NCBI GenBank assembly: GCA_963720755.1
Contig: CAVRGP010000015.1
Span: 352,001-416,000, forward strand
Reading direction: 5' to 3'
DNA: 64,000 nt
From: an uncultured Chloroflexia bacterium
Lineage (GTDB): Bacteria > Chloroflexota > Limnocylindria > Limnocylindrales > CSP1-4
Shown: positions 37,886 through 49,026 of the stretch, piece after piece
Position numbering within the stretch: the first letter of the stretch is position 1
How the letters are laid out: the number at the start of each line of letters is the position of its first letter
The notes under the pieces: generated by a model
Seen by the model: only the letters and a program-made list of their open reading frames with translations
Told to the model about the DNA's origin: nothing
Databases searched by the model: none
Made by a program: the position numbers and the translations under genes

Positions 37886-40330
37886 GTGTCCAAGAACCTC
37901 GTCATCGTCGAATCGCCTGCAAAGGCGCGAACCATCGAACGCTACCTGGGCGCGGATTACCGCGTCCTGGCGTCGTACGGCCACGTCCGGGACCTGCCGG
38001 AGAACCCTGGCAAGGGCAAGTTCGGTGTCGATGTCGATCACGACTTCGCACCGGAGTACGTGATCTCCGAGGATCGTCGCAAGCAGGTCGCTGACATCAC
38101 CAAGGCGGCGAAGTCGGCGGACATGGTCTTCCTCGCCACCGACCTCGATCGGGAAGGCGAAGCGATCGCCTGGCACGTCGCCGAGGCCGCCCACGTTCCC
38201 GATGAGCGGACGCGCCGGGTCACGTTCTCCGAGATCACCAAATCGGCGATCCGCGAGGCGTTCGCCAACCCTCGGTCGATCGACCAGAACCTCGTCGATG
38301 CCCAGCAGACGCGCCGGATCGTCGATCGGCTGGTCGGGTACACGCTCAGCCCGCTGCTCGGCAAGAAGGTCCAGCGGGGCCTCTCGGCCGGACGCGTCCA
38401 GTCGGTCGCCGTCCGGCTGGTGGTCGAGCGTGAACGCGCCATCCGCGCGTTCACCGCTCGCGAGTACTGGACCATCCTGGCATCCCTCGAAACGGCGGCC
38501 GGCGAAGCGTTCCTCGCCGACCTCGTGCGGATCGACGGCGCCGCCCCGGACATCCCCGACGAGACGGCCGCGGCAACCCACGTTGCGGCGATCCGCGAGC
38601 TCAAGCCGATCGTCACCAAGCTGGGTCGAAAGACACAGAAGCGGTCCCCGGCCGCCCCGTTCACCACGTCAACCCTCCAACAGGAGGCCAGTCGCCGCCT
38701 CGGGTTCAGCCCGAAGCGAACGATGTCCGTCGCCCAACGCCTGTACGAGGGCGCCGATACGCCCGACGGTCATGTCGGCCTCATCACCTACATGCGGACG
38801 GATTCGACCGCCTTGGCTGGTGTGGCGATGGGGGAGGCCCGCGAGGTCATCGGCGAGCGCTACGGCGAGCGCTACACGATGCCGAAGGGCCGGGTCTACA
38901 AGACGAAGGCAAAGGGAGCACAGGAGGCGCACGAATCGGTCCGTCCCACCAGCTTCCGACGCGATCCCGAGACGATGGCCTCCTTCCTCAAGCCGGACGA
39001 AGCGCGCCTGTACCGACTCATCTGGCAGCGCGCACTCGCATCGCAGATGGCCCCCAAGGACCTTGAGACGACGACCATCGAACTGGCTGACGGCCGCTAC
39101 GAGTTGCGTGCGTCCGCGACCAAGGTCCTGTTCGACGGCTTTTCGATCGTCTACACCGAAGGTCGCGATGATGCGGCCGCCGATGACGACGATGAGGCGG
39201 GTGGCCGCCTGCCGGCCCTGGTGGAGGGAGCGGGCACGACCGTGGCCGCAGTCGAACCGACGCAGCATTTCACCGAGCCGCCGCCGCGATTCACGGAGGC
39301 GACGCTGATCAAGGCGCTCGAGGAACACGGGATCGGCCGGCCCTCCACCTACGCAGCCACGATCTCCACGATCACGGATCGGGGCTACGTTCGGGTCGAA
39401 GACCGGCGCCTCCACCCGGAGCCGGTCGCGGAGGTCGTGACGGACCTCCTCGTCAAGCACTTCGGCGACTACGTCGATGTGGCATTCACGGCGCGGATGG
39501 AGCAGGAACTCGACGAGGTCGCGGACGGCGAGCGCGAATGGGTGCCGCTCCTTCGGGCGTTCTACGGGCCGCTGCGTGACCGGGTCGCCGACAAGGACGT
39601 GGAGATCGGCAACGACGAGTACAAGACCCAACCGACCGATGAAGTCTGCTCGCTGGGCCATCCGATGGTCATCCGTCTCGGCCGGAACGGCCGCTTCCTG
39701 GCCTGCTCCCTCTACCCGGAACACAAGGAAAGTCGTCCGCTCCCGGGCGATGAGCCGCCGGAGCAGGAGGGGACCGGCGAGGTCTGCCCGAAGTGCGGCG
39801 AGGGGACACTCGTCGGCAAGCGCGGCCGGTTCGGTCCGTTCGTCGGCTGCTCCCGCTACCCGGCCTGCGACTACATCAAGAAGGACGGTCCGCCGCCGCC
39901 AGATCCGCTGCCGTTCGAGGTCGGCTGCCCCAAGAACCACGACGGCCATCTCGTCCCACGTCGGGCTCGCCGGACCGGCAACGTGTTCTGGGGTTGCTCG
40001 AATTACCCCAAGTGCGATTTCACCACGAACCAGGAGCCGCTCGGGGGCGTCCACGATGCCGATGACGGCCCGCTCGCGCGCAAGGATGAGACGGCCATCT
40101 GCCTCGTCTGTGGATCGACCAGCGATACGGCCCCGGCGGACATCGTGCCCGGTCAGCCCCACGCGGGCGGACCGGCCAACCCGGAGGCGCTGGCGCGTCC
40201 GGCTCGGGCGCGAGGCGGCGGCCGTGCCACGGGGACGACGAAGTCCGGAGGCCGAGCTCGTGGCGGCCGCACGGGCGGTCGCAGCGCGACGAAGCGCCCA
40301 CGCCCGGTCGAGCCGGCCCCGGACGCGTGA
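37886..40330 (+). CDS. topA: DNA topoisomerase I with zinc ribbons
   Basis: [49 protein letters not shown], CxxYPxC ribbons. Confidence 0.98.
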   Translation: MSKNLVIVESPAKARTIERYLGADYRVLASYGHVRDLPENPGKGKFGVDVDHDFAPEYVISEDRRKQVADITKAAKSADMVFLATDLDREGEAIAWHVAEAAHVPDERTRRVTFSEITKSAIREAFANPRSIDQNLVDAQQTRRIVDRLVGYTLSPLLGKKVQRGLSAGRVQSVAVRLVVERERAIRAFTAREYWTILASLETAAGEAFLADLVRIDGAAPDIPDETAAATHVAAIRELKPIVTKLGRKTQKRSPAAPFTTSTLQQEASRRLGFSPKRTMSVAQRLYEGADTPDGHVGLITYMRTDSTALAGVAMGEAREVIGERYGERYTMPKGRVYKTKAKGAQEAHESVRPTSFRRDPETMASFLKPDEARLYRLIWQRALASQMAPKDLETTTIELADGRYELRASATKVLFDGFSIVYTEGRDDAAADDDDEAGGRLPALVEGAGTTVAAVEPTQHFTEPPPRFTEATLIKALEEHGIGRPSTYAATISTITDRGYVRVEDRRLHPEPVAEVVTDLLVKHFGDYVDVAFTARMEQELDEVADGEREWVPLLRAFYGPLRDRVADKDVEIGNDEYKTQPTDEVCSLGHPMVIRLGRNGRFLACSLYPEHKESRPLPGDEPPEQEGTGEVCPKCGEGTLVGKRGRFGPFVGCSRYPACDYIKKDGPPPPDPLPFEVGCPKNHDGHLVPRRARRTGNVFWGCSNYPKCDFTTNQEPLGGVHDADDGPLARKDETAICLVCGSTSDTAPADIVPGQPHAGGPANPEALARPARARGGGRATGTTKSGGRARGGRTGGRSATKRPRPVEPAPDA

Positions 40331-41310
40331 GCGTGGCGCCGACCGGCGGGACGGCGGACACGGTCCTGGGGCCGTTCCTCAGGTCGCTGGCGGCACGCGA
40401 TGTCTCGCCCCACACTCGACGCGCGTATTCGACCGCCGTCGGTTCCTACCTCGGCTGGCTTGCCGAGCGCGGCATCGACTGGCGACGGCCGACACGGCCC
40501 GACTTGCGCGCCTACCTCGCGGTCCTCGGTGACGGCCATGCCCGATCCTCGGTCGCCCAGCGATTGGCCGCGATCCGTGCCTTCCACCGATGGGCGACAA
40601 GGAACGACCTCGCCGCAGGCGATCCCTGGGGGTCGATCGCGACGCCTCGCCTGCCCCGTCGTCTGCCCCGGGTCCTCGAGGTCGAGCAGGTCGGTCGGAT
40701 CCTCGACGTGGTGGAGGCCGACCTCGCCGGAGCCGCCGCGGACGACCGGCACCGGGCGGCGGTCCACGTGGCACTCGCCCTGCGCGATCGGGCACTCGTC
40801 GAGACGGCCTACGCGGCGGGCCTGCGGATCAGCGAGCTGGCGGCGGCCGACCTCGCCTCGCTCGGCCTGCGGCGCGGTGAGATCCGGGTCATGGGCAAGG
40901 GTCGGAAGGAACGGATCGGGCTGCTCGGTCGTCCAGCACGTGCCGCACTCGCCGCATATCTCGAGGACGGCCGGCCCGTCCTCGTCGCCCGCGGTCCGCA
41001 TTCCGATGACCCGCCCGTCGAGATCTTCCTGAACCACCTGGGCGGGCCGCTCGGAGTCCGCGGGCTGCGCTACCGACTCGATCGGTTGTGCGCCCGGGCC
41101 GGTCTGCCGACCGGGGTGTCGCCGCACACGCTCCGTCATTCGTTCGCGACCCATCTGCTCGACGGCGGCGCCGACCTGCGGGTCGTCCAGGAACTGCTCG
41201 GCCACGAGAACCTGGCGACGACCCAGATCTACACACACGTTTCGCCTGGGCGGCTGCAGGCCGTCTATCGGGAGGCTCATCCGCGGGCGCGTCGCGCCCC
41301 GACACCGTGA
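40327..41310 (+). CDS. xerC: Tyrosine recombinase XerC/XerD
   Basis: [49 protein letters not shown]; dprA-topA-xerC synteny. Confidence 0.9.
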   Translation: MSVAPTGGTADTVLGPFLRSLAARDVSPHTRRAYSTAVGSYLGWLAERGIDWRRPTRPDLRAYLAVLGDGHARSSVAQRLAAIRAFHRWATRNDLAAGDPWGSIATPRLPRRLPRVLEVEQVGRILDVVEADLAGAAADDRHRAAVHVALALRDRALVETAYAAGLRISELAAADLASLGLRRGEIRVMGKGRKERIGLLGRPARAALAAYLEDGRPVLVARGPHSDDPPVEIFLNHLGGPLGVRGLRYRLDRLCARAGLPTGVSPHTLRHSFATHLLDGGADLRVVQELLGHENLATTQIYTHVSPGRLQAVYREAHPRARRAPTP

Positions 41311-42875
41311 GCGCGGCCAGTTCGCTGGCGCGCGCCGGGGTCATCGTCTCGAGCGCGTTCCTGGTCTCGCGCGTCCTGGGGTACGTCCGTGTCGTCGTCA
41401 TCGCCAATGCCTTCCCGGCGACCGAGCTCGACGCCTTCTTCGCCGCCTTCCGGATCCCCGACCTGATCTTCCAGCTGGTGGCGGCCGGGGCGCTGTCGTC
41501 CGCGCTCATCCCGATCGTGTCGAGCCTGTTCACGACGGGCGAACACGCTCGTGCCTGGCGGGTCGTGTCGACAGTCATCAACCTCATGCTCGGCGGCCTG
41601 GTCGTCCTGACCGTCGCGTTGTTCATCCTCGCGCCGGTCGTCGTTCCGATCATCACGCCCGGGTTCGAGGGCGCCAAGCTCGATCGGACGATCGAGCTGA
41701 CCCGGATCATGCTGCTCAGCCCGATCTTCCTCGCCATGGGCGCGGTCGCCACAAGTGTCCTGAACGCTGGCGGGCGGTTCGCGGCGTCTGCGGTGGCGCC
41801 CATCGTCTACAACCTCGCGATCATCGGGGGCGCCCTCATCCTGGGGCCGAGCCTCGGGATCCAGGGCCTGGCGCTGAGCGTCGTGGCCGGGTCGCTCGGG
41901 CACCTCCTCGTGCAGCTCCGACCGGTCGTCCGGCTCGGGTTTCGCTACGAACCGAGGATCGATCTCGCGGATCGACAGGCCGGCAAGGCATTGACCCTGA
42001 TGGCGCCACGGGCGATCGGCCTCGGCGTGACCCAGATCACGTTCATCGTCGTGACCGCGCTGGCGAGCCTGCTCGGGACCGGCGCTGTGGCCGACTTCAA
42101 CTTCGCGTTCGCGTTGCTCCAGATCCCGCTGGGGATCATCGGCGTGCCACTGGGGATCGTCCTGCTACCGACGCTCTCGCGCGACGCCGCGATCGGCCAT
42201 GAGGTGGCATTCGCCTCCCTGCTCACCCGCGGCCTGCGTCTGCTCATCTACGTGATGATCCCGATCTCGGTCCTGATGGCCATCGTCCGGCAGCCGGTCG
42301 TCGACCTCCTGTTCGGCGGCGGCAGCATCCTTCGAAGCGACCTCGACCTCATCGCCCTCACCCTCGTCGGGTTCGTGATCGGGCTGACCGCTCATGCCAT
42401 GATCGCGGTGCTGGCCCGCGCCTTCTACGCCCGCCAGGACACGGCCACGCCGGTGGCTGCGGCGATCGGGGCCGTCGTGGTCAACACCACCCTCGCGGTG
42501 ATCCTGGTCGGCCCCCTCGGACTGCCCGGGATCGCCCTCGCGATCGCTCTGGCGGCCTGGCTGGAAGCGCTGGTCCTGCTGGCGATCCTCGAGCGACGGC
42601 TGGTCGACCTTGCTCTGACCGGGCTGGCCAGGGTCGGTCTCGAAGCCATCGTCGGGAGCCTGATCGCCGGCGTGGCTGGCATCTTCGTGCTGGACCGGGT
42701 AGCCGCGGCCCTTGGGTCGGACGCGGGTCGGTTGGTCCAGGTCGTTCCGATCGCCCTCGTGAGCCTGGCCTTCGGGGTCGTCTATGGCGTCGCGTCGGTC
42801 GCCTTGCGGATCCCCGAACTGCCGTCTATCGTCGCGATCATGGGTGACCTGCTCCGCCGCCCGAGCCGTTCGTGA
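41307..42875 (+). CDS. murJ: Lipid II flippase MurJ (MviN)
   Basis: [38 protein letters not shown]; multi-TM; GTGA overlap. Confidence 0.95.
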   Translation: MSAASSLARAGVIVSSAFLVSRVLGYVRVVVIANAFPATELDAFFAAFRIPDLIFQLVAAGALSSALIPIVSSLFTTGEHARAWRVVSTVINLMLGGLVVLTVALFILAPVVVPIITPGFEGAKLDRTIELTRIMLLSPIFLAMGAVATSVLNAGGRFAASAVAPIVYNLAIIGGALILGPSLGIQGLALSVVAGSLGHLLVQLRPVVRLGFRYEPRIDLADRQAGKALTLMAPRAIGLGVTQITFIVVTALASLLGTGAVADFNFAFALLQIPLGIIGVPLGIVLLPTLSRDAAIGHEVAFASLLTRGLRLLIYVMIPISVLMAIVRQPVVDLLFGGGSILRSDLDLIALTLVGFVIGLTAHAMIAVLARAFYARQDTATPVAAAIGAVVVNTTLAVILVGPLGLPGIALAIALAAWLEALVLLAILERRLVDLALTGLARVGLEAIVGSLIAGVAGIFVLDRVAAALGSDAGRLVQVVPIALVSLAFGVVYGVASVALRIPELPSIVAIMGDLLRRPSRS

Positions 42876-43943
42876 CGGTCGACGATCCGACGGACTGGGA
42901 TCGGTTCGTGCGGACCAGCGATCCCGGGTCGTACCTGCAGACGAGCGCGTGGGCCCAGGTCAAGGCAGTCAACGGCTGGGCGGCGCACCGGCTGCATGGC
43001 CGAGGCACCGGGTGCGGTCCGACGCGGCCCCGATCGGAGCCCAGGTGCTCGTCCGTCGTCCCAGGCCGATGCCCTGGGCGTTCGCCTACGCACCTCGAGG
43101 TCCGGTCGCGATGCCTGGGACGCAGCCGCGATCGAGCGCTTCAGCGCCGCGGTCCGCGATCGACTCCGGCCCGCCGCGGGACGGATCAGCCACCTGCGGA
43201 TCGATCCTGAGATCGAGGCCGATGGTCCCCGCGATCCCGATGGGGTCCTCCGACGCGACCTCCATGCCGCCGGGTGGCGACCGGCCCCGCCGATCCAGCC
43301 GAACGCGACCAGGATCATCGACCTCAGCGCCGACGAGGCGGCCCTGTGGGGCGACCTGCGCAAGAAGTGGCGCCAATACGTCAACAAGGCGCGGAGCGGC
43401 GGTGTCGTCGTCGTCGACGGGGATGCGAGCCGTCTCGCCGACTTCTACCGGATCTATCGGGAAACCGCCGACCGGGCGGGGTTCCTCATCCGGGCAGAAT
43501 CCGCCTACCGCGACGTGTGGCAGGCGTTCGCTCCGTCGGGGGACGCCCGACTGCTGTTCGCCCAGACGGCCGATGGCGTGCCCCAGGCGACGCTCCTCCT
43601 TGTCCGCTGCGGCCCCAGGGTCGTGGAGCCTTATGGCGGGATGACCGCGGCAGGAGCGGACTCGCGCGCCAACTACCTGCTCAAGTGGGAGGCGATCCGG
43701 TCGTCGAGAGAAGCGGGTGCCACGAGTTACGACCTGTGGGGGCTGGCGACCGGTGGGATCGCCCATTTCAAGACCGGGTTCGGCGGACGAGAGGTCCGCT
43801 ACATCGGCGCCTGGGACCTCGTGCTCGACCCGCTGGGACAGCGGGCCTACGACGCGGCGCGCCGGGGCAGTGCTGCCTGGGCGAGGCGGCGGCATGGGAT
43901 CCGTGGCGAAGCCGGAGCGGCGGCGTACGGAGCGGCCGATTGA
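42872..43943 (+). pseudogene. FemABX-family peptidyl transferase, frameshifted (pseudogene or assembly error)
   Basis: WD.FV..SYLQ..AW..VK...GW in frame of 42872; IGAQVL.R..AYAPRGP in frame of 42784; LRIDP..IQP..T..IDL..KWR..YGG..NYLLKW..YDLWG..FK.GFGG in frame of 42996. Confidence 0.8.
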
Positions 43944-45073
43944 ACGGCGCGAAGCCCACCACACTCACCGTCCGAGAGGCCCGGCCCACCGAGCTCGACG
44001 ACTGGGACGCGCAAGCCGTCGACCGGCCCGGTGGGCATGTCTATCAGTCGCGGGCGTGGGCGGTGCATCGACGGCGCTCCGGCTGGACGCCGCGATTCCT
44101 CGTCGGCGACGACGACAGCCGGGTCCTCGCTCTGATCCGACGTTGGCCGGTCGTCGGCGGCGGGAGCGCCTACCTGCCGCGCGGTCCGGTCCCAATGGGC
44201 GCCGACCCGGATCAGCTCGCTCGTCGTCTGATCGCCGTGGGCGCGTTCCTGGCCGGCGAGGGGATCGACGTGGTGGCGGCGGACCCGGAGGTGCCCGCGG
44301 AGTCGTCCCGGTTCCGGGCGACCATCGAGGACGCCGGATTCCGCGCGATCGAGGAGATCCAGCCGTCGCGTCATCGGGTGACCCTGGCACTCGGGGCGTC
44401 TGCCGACGAAGGCTCGATCTTCCAGGCCATCGCGAAATCGACGCGCCAACGGATCAAGGGAGCGGAAGCCGCCGGTGTCGCGGTCGTCAGGTTCGATACC
44501 CGGATCGGCCCGGATGGGACCGGGCCGGGGTTCAGCGACGCGGTCGAGCCGGTCGCGCAGGCGTTGGACCGCTTCTACGACCTGCTGCTCGAGACGGGCG
44601 AGCGACGCAAGTTCACGTTCGGACCGCGGGCCGGGTTCGTCGCCTGGTGGCAGGCTGCCCACCGAGCCGGCCATCTGGTCTACCTCGAGGCACGGACGGG
44701 CGCGGCCGAGTCCGAGCCCCTCGGGGGACTGATCCTGTACCGGCACGGGGGCAGGCTGTCCACGGTCCATTCCGGCGACCACGCGGAGCTGCGGGCGACC
44801 CACCCTGGCGCGCTCCACCTGCTCCGTTGGCGGGCGATCCAGTTGGCGATCCGGGAGCGATGCGAGGAGATGGACCTGGGTGGGGTCGATGTCGTCGGTG
44901 CCCGCGATGAACCTCGGCCAGGCGATCCGCTTCACGGGCTGTACCAGCACAAGATCTCGTTCGGCGGGAAGTGGCTGGCGCTGACTGGAGCGCACGAGCG
45001 CGTGTACGACCCACGCGGCTACCAGCTGGGCCGCCTCACCGGCCGCCTGTCGCGCTTCGTCGGCGGACGATGA
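43940..45073 (+). CDS. Second FemABX-family peptidyl transferase
   Basis: WD..GHVYQS.AW, AYLPRGP, DP, IQP, STR..I..A, HLL.W.AI, DLGG, GL..HK.SFGG; TTGA overlap. Confidence 0.85.
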   Translation: MNGAKPTTLTVREARPTELDDWDAQAVDRPGGHVYQSRAWAVHRRRSGWTPRFLVGDDDSRVLALIRRWPVVGGGSAYLPRGPVPMGADPDQLARRLIAVGAFLAGEGIDVVAADPEVPAESSRFRATIEDAGFRAIEEIQPSRHRVTLALGASADEGSIFQAIAKSTRQRIKGAEAAGVAVVRFDTRIGPDGTGPGFSDAVEPVAQALDRFYDLLLETGERRKFTFGPRAGFVAWWQAAHRAGHLVYLEARTGAAESEPLGGLILYRHGGRLSTVHSGDHAELRATHPGALHLLRWRAIQLAIRERCEEMDLGGVDVVGARDEPRPGDPLHGLYQHKISFGGKWLALTGAHERVYDPRGYQLGRLTGRLSRFVGGR

Positions 45074-45083
45074 TGGGCCGACC

Positions 45084-46724
45084 ATGACCGAGCCCACCAT
45101 CGAGGGTCTGCTGACGGCGGCCGAGCCGACCGTGCCCGCCTCGCTCGACGGCCTGATCGAACGCCTCACGACCGATGGGCGGGTGCTCGGTGCCCGACTG
45201 GATGACCAGGCGATCGGGCCGGCCGGGCTAGGACGTATCGCGATCCGAGGCGTGACCCACGACTCGCGCGAGATCCGTCCCGGGACCTTGTTCGTGGCCA
45301 TCCCCGGCGCCCATGTCGACGGCCACGACTTCGTGGCGGCAGCTGCGGACGCCGGAGCCGCAGCCGCCGTGGTCGGCCATCCGGTCCCCGGCGCAGGACT
45401 GCCCCAGGTGGTGGTGGACGACCCGCGTCGCGTGCTGGCGACGGCCGCGGCCTGGTGGTACGGGGACCCGAGCCAGGCGCTGGCCGTGGTCGGGATCACC
45501 GGCACAGACGGCAAGACGACCACCTCGTCCCTGGCGGTGGCCGCACTCGAGGCCGCCGGGGTCCGGACCGGCATGACCGGCACGATCGAGACCCGGATCG
45601 GCGGGGTCCAGGCGACCAACCATCAGCATGCGACGACACCCGAGGCACCGGCCCTGCAACGCGCGTTGCGAGCGATGGTGGCGTCGGGTGACCGGGCCGC
45701 CGTCCTCGAGACGACGTCACACGGTCTGGCCCTGGCCCGGGTCGACGATGTCGCCTTCGACATCGCCATCCTCACCAACCTGACCCATGAACACCTCGAA
45801 CTGCACGGGACCTGGGAGGCCTACCGGGACGCAAAGCTGCGTCTCTTCGAGAAGCTGGGTCAGCGCGGTCAACGCGCTTCCGCCATCGCCGACACCACGT
45901 CCGGGCCGACCTGGCCGTCGACCGGGATCGTCAACCTGGACGACCCGTCGGCCGGGGTGTTCATCGGGGTGACCCAGGAAGCCGGTGCCCGGGTCCTGAC
46001 CTACGGCACGGATCCATCAGCCGATGTCCGGGCGACCCGGGTCGAGGAGGACCAGGAACACCTTCGGGTCGCCTATGACGCGCCATCCGGCCCGGGAGTC
46101 GCCGACATCCGCCTGGTGGGCCGGTTCAACGTCTACAACGCGCTGGCGGTCATCGCCCTGGGCGAGGCCGTCGGTCTCGACCCGGTGGCGGTCCGCGATG
46201 GGATCGCCGGTCTGGCGGTCGTCCGCGGCCGGATGGAGCGCGTCGATGTCGGCCAGCCGTTCGGGGTGATCGTCGATTTCGCTCACAGCCCGGCATCACT
46301 CCAGGCCGTGCTCGACCTCCTCGCTCCGCTGGCAGCCTCGCGTGGTGGCGGCGTGATCGCGGTGTTCGGTTCGGCCGGCGAGCGCGATACCGCGAAGCGG
46401 CCGCTGATGGGTCGGATCGCAGGGGAGCGTGCACGGCTCGTCGTGGTGACCGATGAGGATCCCCGGGGCGAGGATCGCAACGCCATCGTCGAGGCGATCG
46501 CCCGCGGGGCGGAGACGGCCGGCAAGCGCCGAGGGCACGATCTGCTGCTGATCGTCGATCGTCGAGCTGCGATCGATGCGGCCGTGGATCGCGCTCGCCC
46601 GGGCGACATCGTCCTGCTCGCCGGAAAGGGGCACGAGCAGTCGATCATCGGCCCCGACGGCCCTGTCGACTGGGACGAGCGGTCCGAGGCGCAGGCCGCG
46701 CTGCACCGTGCCGGTTTCGGCTGA
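45084..46724 (+). CDS. murE: UDP-MurNAc-tripeptide synthetase MurE
   Basis: DSR, DGH.F, GITGTDGKTT, TTPE, E.TSH, TNLTHEHL..H, GRME, VDFAH.P, GERD..KRP.MG, EDPR, AGKGHE. Confidence 0.95.
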   Translation: MTEPTIEGLLTAAEPTVPASLDGLIERLTTDGRVLGARLDDQAIGPAGLGRIAIRGVTHDSREIRPGTLFVAIPGAHVDGHDFVAAAADAGAAAAVVGHPVPGAGLPQVVVDDPRRVLATAAAWWYGDPSQALAVVGITGTDGKTTTSSLAVAALEAAGVRTGMTGTIETRIGGVQATNHQHATTPEAPALQRALRAMVASGDRAAVLETTSHGLALARVDDVAFDIAILTNLTHEHLELHGTWEAYRDAKLRLFEKLGQRGQRASAIADTTSGPTWPSTGIVNLDDPSAGVFIGVTQEAGARVLTYGTDPSADVRATRVEEDQEHLRVAYDAPSGPGVADIRLVGRFNVYNALAVIALGEAVGLDPVAVRDGIAGLAVVRGRMERVDVGQPFGVIVDFAHSPASLQAVLDLLAPLAASRGGGVIAVFGSAGERDTAKRPLMGRIAGERARLVVVTDEDPRGEDRNAIVEAIARGAETAGKRRGHDLLLIVDRRAAIDAAVDRARPGDIVLLAGKGHEQSIIGPDGPVDWDERSEAQAALHRAGFG

Positions 46725-46739
46725 GGGTATCCTTCCGAG

Positions 46740-48992
46740 ATGGCGAGCACGACACCCCAACCGAAGACGACAACCCCGGCCGCCTCCCGGCGCGGACCTC
46801 GGCGTGCGCCGGTCGTCAGCCCCGATCCGACCGGCGACGGGCCGGATCTCGAGACGCTGCGGGCGCACCTGTTCGCCACGCTGGCCGCGGCGCATCCGAG
46901 CGCAGATCTCGAGCCGGTCGGGCGTGCTTTCGACCGGGCCGTGGAAGCGCATGCGGGCCAGAAGCGCGCTACCGGCGAACCGTATGTCATCCATCCCATC
47001 GCGTCGGCCCAGATCCTGGCCGAGCTCGGGATCGACGCCACGGCCATCCAGGCGGCACTCCTCCATGACGCGCCCGAGGACACGGAATACAGCCTGCCCG
47101 AGGTCGAGGAGGAGTTCGGACCGGAGGTCGCGCATCTCGTCGACGGCGTGACCAAACTGTCGAAGTTCAGCACCCTGAGCCACGAGCAGCAGCAGGCGGA
47201 GAACATCCGCAAGATGCTCCTGGCGATGGCCCAGGACATCCGGGTCGTCCTGATCAAGCTCGCCGATCGCCTCCACAACATGCGGACGCTGTACGTCCTG
47301 CCCGCCGAGAAACAACAGCGGATCGCCCGCCAGACGATGGAGATCTACGCCCCGCTCGCGGAGCGCCTCGGGATCTGGCAGATCAAGTGGGAACTCGAGG
47401 ACCTCGCGTTCAAGGCCCTCGAACCCGAGCGGTTCCGCGATCTGGCGAACCTCCTCGACACGCGCCGAACCGGCCGCGAGACCTACATCGAGCGGGCGAT
47501 CGCCGATCTTCGCCCGAGTCTGGAGGCGGCCGGCATCCAGGCCGACATCGAAGGTCGACCGAAGCACATCTACAGCATCTGGAAGAAGATGCAGCGGAAG
47601 GGCGCCGAATTCGGCGAGATCTACGACGTCTACGCGATCCGGCTGCTCGTCGACGAGGTTCGCGACTGCTACGCCGCCCTCGGCATCGTCCATTCGATCT
47701 GGCGCCCGATCCCGGGCCAATTCGACGACTACATCGCCGTCCCGAAGAACAATCTGTATCAGTCGCTCCACACCGCCGTCATCGCGCTGGACGGCAAGCC
47801 GCTCGAGATCCAGATCCGGACGCACCAGATGCACCAGGTGTCCGAGGTCGGCATCGCGGCGCATTGGCGCTACAAGGAAGGCACCAAGGCGGACCGCGAG
47901 TACGACGCCAAGCTGGCCTGGCTGCGCCAGTTGATGGATTGGCAGCGCGACGTGTCCGAGTCGGATGCGACCGAGTTCGTCGAGGGCATCAAGCTCGACA
48001 TCTTCCAGGACCAGGTCTTCGTGTTCACCCCGAAGGGCGATATCAAGGACCTGCCAGCGGGTGCGACCCCACTCGACTTCGCCTACCGGATCCACACGGA
48101 CGTCGGTCATCGGACGATCGGGTCGAAGGTCAACAACCGGCTCGTGCCGCTCGACTACCGGCTCAAGAACGGCGATATCGTCGAGATCGTCACGACCAAG
48201 GGCGAACACGGCCCATCGCGCGACTGGCTGAACGTCGTGCGCACGAGCCACGCTCGCGAAAAGATCCGCCAGTGGTTCAAGCGCAAGGACCGCGACGAGA
48301 ACATCGTCCACGGCCGCGAATCGCTCGAGCGCGAGCTGCGCCGCCTGGCCAGAACGTCGATCTCCGCCGTCGGCGTCGAGCAGATCGCCGAGGTCGCGAA
48401 GCAGTACAACCACGACACGCTCGACGACTTCTATGCGGCCATCGGCTACGGCGCGATCGGTGCGCAGGCCGTGGTCATGCGCCTTGGCGTGGTGGATGAC
48501 GTCGAGAGCACGTTGCCGACCGTCGCCCCGCCTCAGCGCCTCGAGCGCACCGGCAGCGTCCGGGTCAAGGGTGTCGGCGACCTCCTCGTCCGCTTCGGGA
48601 AATGCTGCCACCCGATCCCCGGCGATCCGATCGTCGGGTTCATCACCCGGGGCAAGGGCGTGACCGTCCACATCCAGACCTGCCCGACGGTCATCAACGA
48701 GCGCGAGGTGACCAGGCTCATCGAGGTCGAGTGGGAGGCCGCCCCATCCGAGCAATATCCGATCGCGATCCGGGTGGAGGCGTTCGACCGGACCGGCCTG
48801 CTGAGCGACATCACCCAGGTCGTCGCGGAGAACAAGGTGAACATCATCGCGGCGAATGTCGGCGTCACGCCGGACCACACGGCCGTGGTGACCGCCACGA
48901 TCCAGGTCCACTCGGTCTCGCAGCTGGCGCGGGTGATGAGTCGGATCGAGAACCTCAAGGACGTCATCAGCGTCCAACGCGACCTGGGCTGA
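46740..48992 (+). CDS. relA: Bifunctional (p)ppGpp synthetase/hydrolase Rel
   Basis: H.GQ.R..GEPY..HP, LLHD..EDT, KLADRLHNMRT, RPKHIYSI, YQSLHT, EIQIRT, TGS, CC.P.PGD, ACT. Confidence 0.97.
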   Translation: MASTTPQPKTTTPAASRRGPRRAPVVSPDPTGDGPDLETLRAHLFATLAAAHPSADLEPVGRAFDRAVEAHAGQKRATGEPYVIHPIASAQILAELGIDATAIQAALLHDAPEDTEYSLPEVEEEFGPEVAHLVDGVTKLSKFSTLSHEQQQAENIRKMLLAMAQDIRVVLIKLADRLHNMRTLYVLPAEKQQRIARQTMEIYAPLAERLGIWQIKWELEDLAFKALEPERFRDLANLLDTRRTGRETYIERAIADLRPSLEAAGIQADIEGRPKHIYSIWKKMQRKGAEFGEIYDVYAIRLLVDEVRDCYAALGIVHSIWRPIPGQFDDYIAVPKNNLYQSLHTAVIALDGKPLEIQIRTHQMHQVSEVGIAAHWRYKEGTKADREYDAKLAWLRQLMDWQRDVSESDATEFVEGIKLDIFQDQVFVFTPKGDIKDLPAGATPLDFAYRIHTDVGHRTIGSKVNNRLVPLDYRLKNGDIVEIVTTKGEHGPSRDWLNVVRTSHAREKIRQWFKRKDRDENIVHGRESLERELRRLARTSISAVGVEQIAEVAKQYNHDTLDDFYAAIGYGAIGAQAVVMRLGVVDDVESTLPTVAPPQRLERTGSVRVKGVGDLLVRFGKCCHPIPGDPIVGFITRGKGVTVHIQTCPTVINEREVTRLIEVEWEAAPSEQYPIAIRVEAFDRTGLLSDITQVVAENKVNIIAANVGVTPDHTAVVTATIQVHSVSQLARVMSRIENLKDVISVQRDLG

Positions 48993-49026
48993 GTCCAGAC
49001 GTTCCGCCCATGTAGGATTCGGCCCG

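Noticed and set aside
40327-41310. Tyrosine recombinase as an integrase of a mobile element
   Set aside because: XerC-like sequence, coupled to topA and murJ in the usual synteny; no att repeats or cargo seen.
48993-49026. T-box leaders for hisS (also aspS, alaS) and a trp attenuator for trpB2
   Set aside because: Spacers are too short or leaderless; no T-box consensus or Trp-rich leader peptide seen.
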